Source: a virus (Duplodnaviria; Caudoviricetes). Taken from it: 38,448 bases of DNA. The notes beneath the pieces were generated by a model. The model saw nothing but the letters and a program-made list of their open reading frames with translations, was not told the DNA's origin and did no database searches. Positions within the stretch are counted from its first letter, which is position 1; each line of letters begins with the position of its first letter. The stretch covers positions 1 through 38,448 of IMG/VR virus record IMGVR_UViG_3300037313_000254, one strand, 5' to 3'. This document shows, piece by piece, positions 30,002 through 38,448 of this stretch. A program made the translations under genes and the position numbers.

Positions 30002-31843
30002 TTAGAAACCGACGACCTCGTACCAGAAATCTGTCGCTGTGGCCGAGCCGTTGTTAAAATTGACTTGCGTGCCAGTCCACGTCGCGCTGAACGGCGAAAC
30101 CGACGAGCCATGAGGCGTCATCTGGATACTGCTGATACCAGTTGATACGGTGATACCGGCCGGAAGAGAAACGCCCGTTGTTGAATTGCCCGCTATGGTA
30201 ACCAGACCATAGACGTGGAATCGACCATTGGAGTCTACGTACCAGTTCGCGCCCGCGCTGAGTGTATCTTTCCGATTGCCAATCGATCCTTGATAGTTAG
30301 ATGACCAATAGAAAACAGAATTTGGACCGATGATCGGGTCGGGCGGCCCATTGCCCTTGTCATAAAAGAGGACGCTGTTATAGACCGAGGGGAACGTGCC
30401 GCGCTCGGTACCAGCCGCATAGACGCCGCCAGCACCCGGCGAAAGGTTGATGAACATGTTGCTCGCGGCGGGGACGGTGGAGGCGGTTGTCGAATCTAGC
30501 AATACACCGATGCCAGTTCCCGTCCCGCGAACCATCTGCACGGTCTCGAAGAGGTTGTTATCTGAACTGAGCATCCAGATTGCCGCTGTGATGTTGGCGT
30601 ATAGTGCCTTGATCAGCTTGAACTGGTTGAACGAGACATTTGCTGTCGCCGAGCCGCCGCACAGCAGGATCGAACCGCCACCGCCAGCCACCTGACGACC
30701 GCGAAGGCTGATCTCATTGCGCTGCGTATCTGCGGCCTCAGTCAGCGTCGTCAGGACGTTCATATCCATCATTGCGATGGTGAATTCCGAACCGGAGAAA
30801 TCGTAGACACCATCGCAGGATGAGCGCAGCGAAACACCGCGTCCTGCTCCATTCGCGATCAGGAAAATGCCCCGGAAGCCATTGCCGCGCAGTGCGCGCG
30901 CCGCTGTCGCTGTCGGCTGGATCTGGAACATGTCTCCGTTGACGGCACCTGTCCACTGGATGACAGTCGCGGCGTTGTTGCCGGTTCCGCTGTCGTGCGA
31001 GTCACCGTGACCTGCGCCGAGAATCTGGATGTCGCTGTTGTTGATGACTACTGTATTGCTCAATGTCCATTGCTGCGCTGACGGCGGGATGATGACAGTG
31101 CCACCATTGACCGAAGTCAGATAGGCAATAGCAGAATTCAACGGCGCATATAGGTCACCGCCAACTGTCGCACCGAAATCAAGCACCGAAACGATATCCG
31201 CCAGCTTGCTCTGAACCGTGCGCGAGACGGATCCCGCAGACGGGAAAAGAAATGCCAGTTTGTTACTCTGGATGCCAGCATTGAATGCGACCGTCGCGTC
31301 AGTGACGGAACTGTTTGCAGGCGTTCCAACTGGCAATGTCGAGCCAATCTTAACGGTCACTTCCGACACGCCAACGGGAATCGGGGATGAGAACGTGAGC
31401 GTCGTTCCGCTCAACGAAATCGCGTCGTCCGTCTGGTAGACGCCATCGAAGTAAATCCATGTATTGCTGACGGTGCCAGGGCTGACGGTCAGCGGGAGCT
31501 GAGTCGTAGTACCAGGCGTGAAGTCGGCGGGAGCATGAAAAAGGTTATCAACCATGTTCCCAATGAGGCCGCCGCTGGTATCCTCAGTGATCTTATCCCA
31601 GATAAGATTGCCGAACTGGTCATAGACAACCTGACGGTAGACACCGTTGCCCCAGATGACTGCTTGACCCGACGCATCAAGAACCACCGGGTTCGTATTC
31701 AGGATGGTTTGTCCAGCATCCTGCCACGTATTCTTGAACGTGGTCGTGTTGGGGATATAGAAGTAAACTGAGCCCCCGGCAAGCGGCTTGCCATTGCTGT
31801 CTATAAACTGCTGTTTTGCATTCGGCAGTAGAGTAGCCGTCAT
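30002..31843 (-). CDS. Tailspike (particle-binding N-terminus, beta-helix depolymerase-like body, C-terminal tip domain)
   Basis: QFIDSNGKPLAGG.VYFY...T...N.NPVVLD..G head-binding domain; RTVQSKLADIVSVLDFGA neck; GGTVIIP beta-helix start; W.VDSNG...YG...WYEVVGF tip. Confidence 0.88.
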   Translation of the reverse strand: MTATLLPNAKQQFIDSNGKPLAGGSVYFYIPNTTTFKNTWQDAGQTILNTNPVVLDASGQAVIWGNGVYRQVVYDQFGNLIWDKITEDTSGGLIGNMVDNLFHAPADFTPGTTTQLPLTVSPGTVSNTWIYFDGVYQTDDAISLSGTTLTFSSPIPVGVSEVTVKIGSTLPVGTPANSSVTDATVAFNAGIQSNKLAFLFPSAGSVSRTVQSKLADIVSVLDFGATVGGDLYAPLNSAIAYLTSVNGGTVIIPPSAQQWTLSNTVVINNSDIQILGAGHGDSHDSGTGNNAATVIQWTGAVNGDMFQIQPTATAARALRGNGFRGIFLIANGAGRGVSLRSSCDGVYDFSGSEFTIAMMDMNVLTTLTEAADTQRNEISLRGRQVAGGGGSILLCGGSATANVSFNQFKLIKALYANITAAIWMLSSDNNLFETVQMVRGTGTGIGVLLDSTTASTVPAASNMFINLSPGAGGVYAAGTERGTFPSVYNSVLFYDKGNGPPDPIIGPNSVFYWSSNYQGSIGNRKDTLSAGANWYVDSNGRFHVYGLVTIAGNSTTGVSLPAGITVSTGISSIQMTPHGSSVSPFSATWTGTQVNFNNGSATATDFWYEVVGF

Positions 31844-31871
31844 TTTTATGCACCCGAAGCGAGGAACACGT

Positions 31872-31891
31872 GCAGCGCGCCGGCGCGCTGC
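31872..31891. repeat. Perfect 20-bp palindrome GCAGCGCGCCGGCGCGCTGC
   Basis: Read directly; intergenic, upstream of the tailspike. Confidence 0.8.
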
Positions 31892-31951
31892 CTGTCTCTG
31901 CCCTCGAGAGACTCTTTAACGGGCGACTACCGCCGATAGGTTGGCTAGACC

Positions 31952-32137
31952 ATGACAACAGCACAACTCATTCACACCGCCTGCGTTTCGGCTGGCGTTT
32001 CAATCATCGCCATATGGCGCGACCTATCTGCTGCCAGAAAGAAGCGCCGGCAGACTCCCGGCTACGACTGGAGCGCCGAGACGGGATATCGCATTGCCTA
32101 TCGGCTGGGAAAACTGTGGGCGCGACGTCAGAAGTGA
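31952..32137 (+). CDS. Possible antisense small membrane protein (61 aa) in the P22 sieA position
   Basis: Hydrophobic N-terminus followed by RKKRR. Possible promoter TTTAAC-16 bp-TAGGTT just upstream. Overlaps the ejection gene by 114 nt. Confidence 0.35.
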   Translation: MTTAQLIHTACVSAGVSIIAIWRDLSAARKKRRQTPGYDWSAETGYRIAYRLGKLWARRQK

Positions 32138-34183
32138 TGCCGCCGCGCGCTGGCCTAGTTGCGTATATGGCAGCGACCCAAGTCCGATGCCTCCGAGTGT
32201 TGCCAGAGTGGCAGTCGGTTGCGTAGCCAGTCCCGCAGCGATCCCCCCCGGAGCCAAGAGCCCGAGCAATCCACGGCCTACCGTTCCTGAGTCTGGATAC
32301 TTCGACCCGAGAACTCGCTGCCCTGCGCCGGCCAGATCCTGCATCAGAGCGCTGCCCGTTGCCGTAGCACCTTTGCCTACGCTTTGATCGCCTGAACGGG
32401 CTGCGCGGCTCAACATAGCCGCAGTGAATACGCCTTCATTGTTTGCGGCACCCTGAGATGCGGCAGCCGAACGGATGCGAGTGAAACGAGCCCACGCGGC
32501 ATTTGCATTGGCAAGGTCTTGGGCAAGATTGGGCGCGTTCACGCGCGCCAGATTGTCATCAACCGCGCTGCGGATTTCGCTCAGTGCTGCACCAAGCTCG
32601 CGGTCGTCGAACGAACTGCTGCTTAAATATCCGTTTGCCTTGCGCGCGAGTTCGCTTTGCACACCTTTGAGCGTGTCGCCGTCCATATATCCTTGCGGCG
32701 TCATCTTCCCGAAGATTTGCGTCTTCAGGACCTTCATGAACGTGTTTGCCTGAGCATCCGGAAGATTCTGTGCGAGGTTCCCGAGATTCGTGATATCGGT
32801 CTGGAATTGCGGGTCGACCCGAAACTGCATTTGAGGCAAGACGCGATCGTAGGTATCGCTGATCGCGTTTCGGACAGCCTCAACTCCTTCCTGACCGACT
32901 TTACCGGCCGGGATTCTCTGTCCAATAGGCGCGAGTGCATCGTTATAGGCTGCAGTATTGAACTGCTGAACCGCGCGTTGCTGCGCATTCTTGATCATGT
33001 CTCCCAGCACTGGGACGCTGGTCAGCTTTTCTTCCGTACGCGCGAAACCACCGCCGAGGATCTGGCCGGGCGTGGGGGTAACCCCTTTGCTCATCAGCGT
33101 TTGAACGTCTTGTGAGACATTCGGCGAAATGAGTCGGCCGACACCATAGGCGGCAGGACCGAGTACTCCGCCAGTCGCAACGCCTGTTGCCGTTTGCGCG
33201 GCCTTATCAGCCCAATAGTTCTGGCTGTTCGGATCAACGGGAGCCGCAAGCGAGGTCAGGCCACCCGAGATACCACCCCGCAAAGCGGCGGTACCAAGCC
33301 CACCGACAGCGGGGCCGATAGCCGCTAGTGGGGCGGTTGCAGCAATGGAGCCGCCAATGTTCCCTGCCCCAGCCGCAATCGGATGCGCAGCCTGATAAGG
33401 CGCGTATTCAGCATTGCCGCGCGCAAGGCCCTGATTCGCGTCGTTGACGAGCCAATTTCCGATATTGTTCAGGCCGACCGCCTGCGCTCCATGACCGAGC
33501 AGTTGCTGAGCACCAAGCACCGTTTCCTGCACGCCATGCCCGAGGCCAGCAAGGAACGACATGGCGCCGCCAGGTTGATTTGCAGCGGGTGCCGGATTCG
33601 CACTTTGGGTGGCGGGAATCGCTCCAGCACTAGGGGCAGCGGTGGGAGCCGCTTTCGTCATCGAAGCGAATATTGCATCGTCAGATTGCGGCCCCTGCTG
33701 ACCTTGGGGCGGTGCTGCGCCCTTCGAGAACTGAGCGAAAATCGCGTCATCGCTCTGATCGCCGGCCGGCTGCGAGGTCGGGATGCCCGGAAGTGTGGCC
33801 GACGCTGCGGGAGCCTGTTGCGCGCCGATCCCGGCAGCCGAAAGAACCTTTCCGGGATATGCTGCATTCACCGGACCCCACTTCGACTGATCTTCGCCGC
33901 CCTGATACCGGCGCAAAGCCGTCGCCACATCGGGTGACGAATCGAGCAGTTGTGACAGGAGTTTGGCGCCCCCGAAGATATTCTGCTGCGGGTCAGTCGC
34001 GTCAGTGATACCGAGCGCCTTATAGTTCGACGGCATGATCTGCATCAGGCCGGTCGCGCCTTTATCCGAAACAGCCTTTGGATTGTTGGTCGATTCGGTA
34101 GCGATGACCCCACGAATCAACGCGGGATCGACGTTATATTGCTTCGCCGCAGCCTGAATTATGTCGTCATACTTGGCCATCAC
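32024..34183 (-). CDS. DNA ejection protein (gp16 position) with N-terminal SLT lytic transglycosylase
   Basis: AAKQYNVDPALI..VI..ES..NP.AVS.KGA.GLMQIMP; long A/G-rich helical body. Confidence 0.88.
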   Translation of the reverse strand: MMAKYDDIIQAAAKQYNVDPALIRGVIATESTNNPKAVSDKGATGLMQIMPSNYKALGITDATDPQQNIFGGAKLLSQLLDSSPDVATALRRYQGGEDQSKWGPVNAAYPGKVLSAAGIGAQQAPAASATLPGIPTSQPAGDQSDDAIFAQFSKGAAPPQGQQGPQSDDAIFASMTKAAPTAAPSAGAIPATQSANPAPAANQPGGAMSFLAGLGHGVQETVLGAQQLLGHGAQAVGLNNIGNWLVNDANQGLARGNAEYAPYQAAHPIAAGAGNIGGSIAATAPLAAIGPAVGGLGTAALRGGISGGLTSLAAPVDPNSQNYWADKAAQTATGVATGGVLGPAAYGVGRLISPNVSQDVQTLMSKGVTPTPGQILGGGFARTEEKLTSVPVLGDMIKNAQQRAVQQFNTAAYNDALAPIGQRIPAGKVGQEGVEAVRNAISDTYDRVLPQMQFRVDPQFQTDITNLGNLAQNLPDAQANTFMKVLKTQIFGKMTPQGYMDGDTLKGVQSELARKANGYLSSSSFDDRELGAALSEIRSAVDDNLARVNAPNLAQDLANANAAWARFTRIRSAAASQGAANNEGVFTAAMLSRAARSGDQSVGKGATATGSALMQDLAGAGQRVLGSKYPDSGTVGRGLLGLLAPGGIAAGLATQPTATLATLGGIGLGSLPYTQLGQRAAASLLTSRPQFSQPIGNAISRLGAPVVAGSLPALLSGSR

Positions 34184-35697
34184 TGGCCTCCCGGCTGGAT
34201 CAGTCCAGCCCGCACGAGATTTCCCAGATCAGCCTTGAACTTCGTGAGCTGCGCGGGCGACTGGCGCTTGATGAACGCCTGTTGCTGCGTCGGGTTCATT
34301 GAGGCGAATGCGAACGCATCAGGCGATACGCTCTTGTTCCACTGCGATTGCCACTGATTGAACTTATCCGTCGTCAGTCCGGAGTTCTGGAAAGCGTAAT
34401 CCTGCGCCGCTCGCATTTTCTCTGCTGCGATCGTCTTCGTCAGAATATCTTCATTCGCAAGGTTAGAGATGCCCGGATTGGCGTTGCCGGTGACGGCCGC
34501 ATTCAGACGCGCATCCGTGCCAGTGCCGAGCGAACCGGAGACCGAAGAAGCATAGTTCGTCAGGATCTTCTTGTACTCGTCATAACTGGCGATCTTCGAC
34601 GGATCGTTGACGCCCATCGCCTTCAGCGCATCGCCAATACCAGGAGTAGCCTGCAACGCGCTGGCGAACGTGTTGCGCCAGTCCGTACCCGGACCAGTCG
34701 TGATGTTGGCGAGTGCATCGCGCGCCGTATTGAGAAGGTTGAGGCGCATCGGCGCATCCGCTGCGGCATCGTGCAGGGTTTGCGCAGCGGTATTGGACGA
34801 TGCCCCTTGCGCAGACAAAGCAGCCTGTGCAGCCGGACTGATGGCGGTTTGAACGCCGGGACCACCGCCTTGTGCCGGGGCGTTGTAGCGTCCAGTGTAA
34901 CCACCTGCACCCTGTGCGCTGGGAACCTGAGCGCCGCCACCCTGTTGCATCTGAAGCCATTCCGCCGTTGTCACCTGACGCTGCGATCCATCTGGCATCG
35001 TGATCGTTTTCGGCGCTGCGAGATCTGCCGCCGTGAGTCCTCGTTGGACGAACCCGTTCGGCGTCATTTCGCCTGACAAAGGACTACGATTGAACATCGC
35101 CGTACCTTGGCCCGTGTCGATAGTGACGTTTTGCGGCATCAGCGCTTGCAACTTTGCCTCACCGGACAGCGAATTGATCAGGTGGTTCTGAACCCATTGC
35201 GCCTGGGACTTCGGATCTCCCGGAATCGACTGGATTTCGCGGATGCCTTGATCGAGCGGAAGAATACCGGATTGAACAGCGTCCGAAATCTGCCCGGCGA
35301 TCTTCGTCGATATGTCCGCTTTGCCGATATCGGGATCGACCGCCAGCGAACCAATCATGCCGCGAATGCCCTGCTGTTGCTTTAGCGCGAGATCGAGCTT
35401 GCCAGTGTCGTACTGCAACTGGCTATTGCGCTGCTGGGCGATCTGTCCCATGAATTGCGGCAGGAATGCGCCGGCACCGTTCTGTGCGGCCAGAGATTGG
35501 AGCTTGTTGAAGTCAACCGATCCATCCGGATTGACAGATTGCTGGTATGCAGCGGAAATCGCCTGGTTGGCGCCGAGTTGCATCTGATTCTGGCGCAGCG
35601 ACAGCAGACCTTGGGCAGTTTGCAGGGGTTGCTGGATAGACTGCAGGGGACTTTGCGGCGGCTGGATGCCGAGCGGGATGGACGGATCAATGGGCAT
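34180..35697 (-). CDS. DNA ejection protein (gp20 position)
   Basis: MPIDPSIPL start, Q/A/G-rich, middle of three ejection genes. Confidence 0.75.
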   Translation of the reverse strand: MPIDPSIPLGIQPPQSPLQSIQQPLQTAQGLLSLRQNQMQLGANQAISAAYQQSVNPDGSVDFNKLQSLAAQNGAGAFLPQFMGQIAQQRNSQLQYDTGKLDLALKQQQGIRGMIGSLAVDPDIGKADISTKIAGQISDAVQSGILPLDQGIREIQSIPGDPKSQAQWVQNHLINSLSGEAKLQALMPQNVTIDTGQGTAMFNRSPLSGEMTPNGFVQRGLTAADLAAPKTITMPDGSQRQVTTAEWLQMQQGGGAQVPSAQGAGGYTGRYNAPAQGGGPGVQTAISPAAQAALSAQGASSNTAAQTLHDAAADAPMRLNLLNTARDALANITTGPGTDWRNTFASALQATPGIGDALKAMGVNDPSKIASYDEYKKILTNYASSVSGSLGTGTDARLNAAVTGNANPGISNLANEDILTKTIAAEKMRAAQDYAFQNSGLTTDKFNQWQSQWNKSVSPDAFAFASMNPTQQQAFIKRQSPAQLTKFKADLGNLVRAGLIQPGGQ

Positions 35698-35706
35698 GGT
35701 CGCTCA

Positions 35707-36462
35707 CTATCGGAAGTAGATCGGGTTACCCGCTGCGGTCGTGCCGTAGATGTTGTTGGTACCTGCCGAACCTGCGCCACCGCCAAGCAGACCGTACAAG
35801 CCGGCTCCTTGCGATATCGAACCAATCCCGCCATTGATAGCGTTCGCAGTCCCAATCTGACCGGCCGCAGCCGCATTGGCGCCGGACGTCAGGAAATTCC
35901 CTGCCGAGTTCGCCGTCTGAAGCCCAGCATTGCCGACGCCTGCCGCCGAACTTTGGCCGAGCCCGACCAGACCAGCCAAACGGTTGTACTGGTCCGATTG
36001 CACGCCGTAGTTCGTCATGAAGTTCTGAAGCGCGTTCTGGTACTGCTGCTGATACGTTTGGTCAGCCAAGCCAGTCGTGTATTGTCCAATCCCCTTCGCC
36101 TGCGCGCCAGAGAGATTCAGACCTTTAGCCGACAGAGCGTTATCGACGCCCTTCAGGCCTTGCTGAAGCGTGAACTGGTAGCCCGGAGTCTGCTCAAGTT
36201 GCTGTTGCGTAGGATTAAATGAGAAAGAAGATTTCCCGAGATTGTTAGACTGCTCTTGCAGCCAAGGAATAGCCCATTGGCCCAGACTCATGTATGGCTG
36301 CAGATTCTGCTGCAATTGCTGGAACTGCTGCCATTGGAGACCTGCGGCGTTGTTGGCCGCCTGGGCCTGCGTATCTGCAGCACTCTTGGCCCCGCTTGCA
36401 CCGATGGCAGACGAGGCCACACCACCCACAATTGCGCCACCCGCTACCGCTGCTGCGACCAT
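35707..36462 (-). CDS. DNA ejection protein (P22 gp7-like)
   Basis: ATG at 36462. AAAVAGGAIVGG...AKSAADTQA.A leader, LQPY...G, PGYQF...QG and SGA..K motifs. Confidence 0.82.
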   Translation of the reverse strand: MVAAAVAGGAIVGGVASSAIGASGAKSAADTQAQAANNAAGLQWQQFQQLQQNLQPYMSLGQWAIPWLQEQSNNLGKSSFSFNPTQQQLEQTPGYQFTLQQGLKGVDNALSAKGLNLSGAQAKGIGQYTTGLADQTYQQQYQNALQNFMTNYGVQSDQYNRLAGLVGLGQSSAAGVGNAGLQTANSAGNFLTSGANAAAAGQIGTANAINGGIGSISQGAGLYGLLGGGAGSAGTNNIYGTTAAGNPIYFR

Positions 36463-36475
36463 TTTTAGCCCCTGT

Positions 36476-36928
36476 TTAAAGCCATTTTTCGTACGTCGTC
36501 TCGACCGGCTGGAAGTCGAGAAACCTGAATAACGCCGACGCATCGTGCGCGACCTTGCTGCCGACTGCCCAACGTTGCACGCCACGGCGTTTCAGTTCCT
36601 TTTCAACAAAGCGGAACATGCGAATACCGGCAATGCTGGTGCGACGCTCTGGCGCCACATAGAAGATGTCCGGCGAGCACGTCAGGCAAGAACGGTAGTG
36701 CAACCCCGGCGCGATGAAACACACGAAATACGCGACGATTTGTCCGGCCTCTCGACCAATGACCATCATCAGAGACCCATCCTGCTCGCGCGCGCGGTAG
36801 ACCTCGACCATCGGATCAAGCGGGACGTCATGGTCAACGTGCGTTGAAATCTCGCCGTAATGCTCCGCCAACAATGGCAAAAGTTCGGTGTAGACCTGCG
36901 AGAAGGGTTCGATAGCGAAAGTGATCAT
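36476..36928 (-). CDS. GNAT-fold acetyltransferase (P22 gp14 / T7 gp13 position)
   Basis: DIFYVAPERR...G..MF..VE.ELK.RGV...LF..L.F...E..Y.K acetyl-CoA motif A/B pattern. Confidence 0.82.
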   Translation of the reverse strand: MITFAIEPFSQVYTELLPLLAEHYGEISTHVDHDVPLDPMVEVYRAREQDGSLMMVIGREAGQIVAYFVCFIAPGLHYRSCLTCSPDIFYVAPERRTSIAGIRMFRFVEKELKRRGVQRWAVGSKVAHDASALFRFLDFQPVETTYEKWL

Positions 36929-37506
36929 CGCGAAGTCCTGATGTCGACGACCATCGAAATCCGGTCGCTCGCGCTGTTGTTCACCACCTCATGGACCTGG
37001 CTGTTGTCGAACCAGAAACAGTCGCCCGTCGTCATGCTGATCTGTTCGTCTCCACATTTCAGGATCGCGCCCGGCAACCCTTGCAGGACTACATGAAACC
37101 GCGTGTAGTAGCGCGTCTGCTCTGGCGTGTCGGCATGCGCGAAGATGCGCCCACCAGGGATGATCTTGTTGATCATCACCCGTCCTAGACGCTCGCCTGC
37201 GACGCGCGCCATGAGATTCATCACGATCGGACGAGCCTCATGCAACAGCTTGTACGACGGGTAATCAACCGCTTCGTACTGGTCGTAACCGGCAAGCTGG
37301 TTCTGCTTGTACAACTCGATCTGTTCTTCGGTCAGGCCTTCCACCTTCTCCGGGAAGCGAAGCATGATCGTTTCGGTCTCGCCAAACGGACCCTGCGGAT
37401 AATGGCGAAGGAACGTGTCTTCCTTCCACAACTCCGGACGGCGTTTGATGGCGAGAACGAGCGGATTGACATCTACCCCGCTTGCTAGAAGGTGGAAATT
37501 TCGCAT
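36925..37506 (-). CDS. 2OG-Fe(II) dioxygenase, aspartyl/asparaginyl beta-hydroxylase family
   Basis: PGGRIFAHAD (HxD), RFHVVL, WFDNSQVHEVVN (distal H), R.SMVVD. Confidence 0.87.
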   Translation of the reverse strand: MRNFHLLASGVDVNPLVLAIKRRPELWKEDTFLRHYPQGPFGETETIMLRFPEKVEGLTEEQIELYKQNQLAGYDQYEAVDYPSYKLLHEARPIVMNLMARVAGERLGRVMINKIIPGGRIFAHADTPEQTRYYTRFHVVLQGLPGAILKCGDEQISMTTGDCFWFDNSQVHEVVNNSASDRISMVVDIRTSR

Positions 37507-37847
37507 CAGCGAAGGCCCCCGACCTGATACGTTTCCGAGGCCGTCGGCGTGATCGGCGACGCCGTGTTGTTGCTGAACGTGATTGCCAGCGTATTTGACG
37601 CACTGACGCGCACGTTCACGATCCCGAGACCAGCTTGCGACGTCGGCTTGGTCACAAAGACCACATCGCCCACGCGCACACCCGTCAGCGTGAACGTCTG
37701 TTCTGCCGTCGTGTTGGCTGCGACCTGTGCCGGCGAAATCGTCAGTGGCATGTGATAGATCGAAGTCAGCGTATCGCCAGGAGGGTTCTTGAATGCCAGC
37801 GAGTTGACAGTAACGTCATCCGTTGCGACGCCAAGATAGTTGCTCAT
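37506..37847 (-). CDS. Small Thr/Val-rich beta-sandwich virion protein (113 aa)
   Basis: ISPAQVAANTTAEQTFTLTGVRVGDVVFV......GL.I...RVSASNTLAITF.N; GGGAG SD. Confidence 0.8.
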   Translation of the reverse strand: MSNYLGVATDDVTVNSLAFKNPPGDTLTSIYHMPLTISPAQVAANTTAEQTFTLTGVRVGDVVFVTKPTSQAGLGIVNVRVSASNTLAITFSNNTASPITPTASETYQVGGLR

Positions 37848-37850
37848 GCT

Positions 37851-38312
37851 TTAGCTCCCTGAATAATTCGAAAATTCACCGTGTAATTCCAGCGCTGCTC
37901 GCTTGTACGCTTCACTGGCCTGCTCATGAGTATCGAAAGAGCCTAAATACTTCCGATGCCCCCTGAAGGCGATTCGTGCCCGCCACCTCTTCCCATCCTT
38001 CGTTAGGCATACGCCTTTCGATTTACTCTTGCTGCGTCTGTTATGCGCGTTCTCTTCAGCCGTGCACAAACGTAGATTTGATCGTCGGTTATCTGATCTA
38101 TCTCCATTGACGTGATCCACTTCCATCGGATCGCCGTGTCCTAAACCGAGCAACAGTCGATGCATTCCCAAAGTAAAAAATCCGCCGTCTGGATGGCGCA
38201 TGTTTGTCGATGCATAACCATTTGATCCGATATGCCACGTATAGCCTGCGATCAGATCAAGGTCCGCTTCATCGATCCAGAAAGATCGTCCTTTTTTATC
38301 GTGAATTTTCAT
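37851..38312 (-). CDS. Free-standing HNH-AP2 homing endonuclease
   Basis: MHRLLL......VDHVNG.RSDNRRSNLR.CT.EEN, then KGV....RWRARI...YLGSF.T.E.A..AY..AALELHGEF. Lower GC than its neighbours; ATG overlaps the upstream TGA. Confidence 0.93.
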   Translation of the reverse strand: MKIHDKKGRSFWIDEADLDLIAGYTWHIGSNGYASTNMRHPDGGFFTLGMHRLLLGLGHGDPMEVDHVNGDRSDNRRSNLRLCTAEENAHNRRSKSKSKGVCLTKDGKRWRARIAFRGHRKYLGSFDTHEQASEAYKRAALELHGEFSNYSGS

Positions 38313-38327
38313 GAGCCACTTGTCTCA

Positions 38328-38448
38328 TAAACGCCGCCCGCGATCGTCACGGCAGTGTTAGCGGATGCAAGCGCCTGCAAAGTCATTCCCGCTTCAAGTT
38401 GCAGGCCGATCGCCTGAGGCGGTACATACGTTTGGCCGGCCGAAAGAG
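38328..38448 (+). repeat. Terminal overlap, copy 2 (circularisation overlap)
   Basis: Identical to 13-133. Confidence 0.97.

Larger units (their letters stand above)
1..38448. mobile_element. Complete temperate podophage genome (P22-like morphogenesis, lambdoid immunity), circularly permuted, about 38,315 bp unit length
   Basis: Full set of terminase, portal, scaffold, coat, adaptor, nozzle, ejection proteins, tailspike, lysis, cI/cro and int/xis genes. No host genes. Ends overlap by 121 bp. Confidence 0.96.

Noticed and set aside
35708-35720. Fourth copy of the late motif (TATCGGAAGTAGA)
   Set aside because: Only the 8-bp core CGGAAGTA matches, and it lies within coding sequence.
1-38448. 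CRISPR array, diversity-generating retroelement, IS, DNA methyltransferase or known defence system
   Set aside because: No spaced repeats, reverse transcriptase, TR/VR pair, transposase or MTase motifs were seen by eye.

Overview
The window is an apparently complete, circularly permuted genome of a temperate podovirus with P22-type morphogenesis genes. Bases 13-133 are repeated exactly at 38328-38448, so the unit length is about 38,315 bp. attP looks intact, so this is the excised form; a Burkholderiales host is inferred from gene content and GC level. The minus strand runs from PR through cro, two RHH-like regulators, an SF2 helicase and Toprim primase, Ref-like nuclease and RusA, a putative late regulator, terS/terL, portal, scaffold, coat, head-tail adaptor and nozzle. 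It continues across the contig junction through small beta-rich virion proteins, a 2OG-Fe(II) hydroxylase, a GNAT, three ejection proteins, a tailspike and the lysis genes. The plus strand carries cI, then the PL operon (small genes, Sak4-like ATPase, NinB), xis, int, attP and an RMF-like moron. Main observations: (1) Four free-standing HNH endonucleases appear to rebuild the ends of the genes they interrupt, and the first 12 nt of the contig seem to capture the empty allele of one, with every codon synonymously different. (2) The coat gene apparently starts at AUU, behind a perfect four-way-junction RNA that buries its Shine-Dalgarno (SD). (3) A 15-bp motif precedes the late operon, the coat gene and one HNH gene. 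(4) Two fibre/spike-like proteins carry Sec signal peptides. (5) A hydroxylase and acetyltransferase pair sits inside the virion module. (6) The integrase lacks its first catalytic Arg. All family assignments come from reading motifs by eye, not from database searches.
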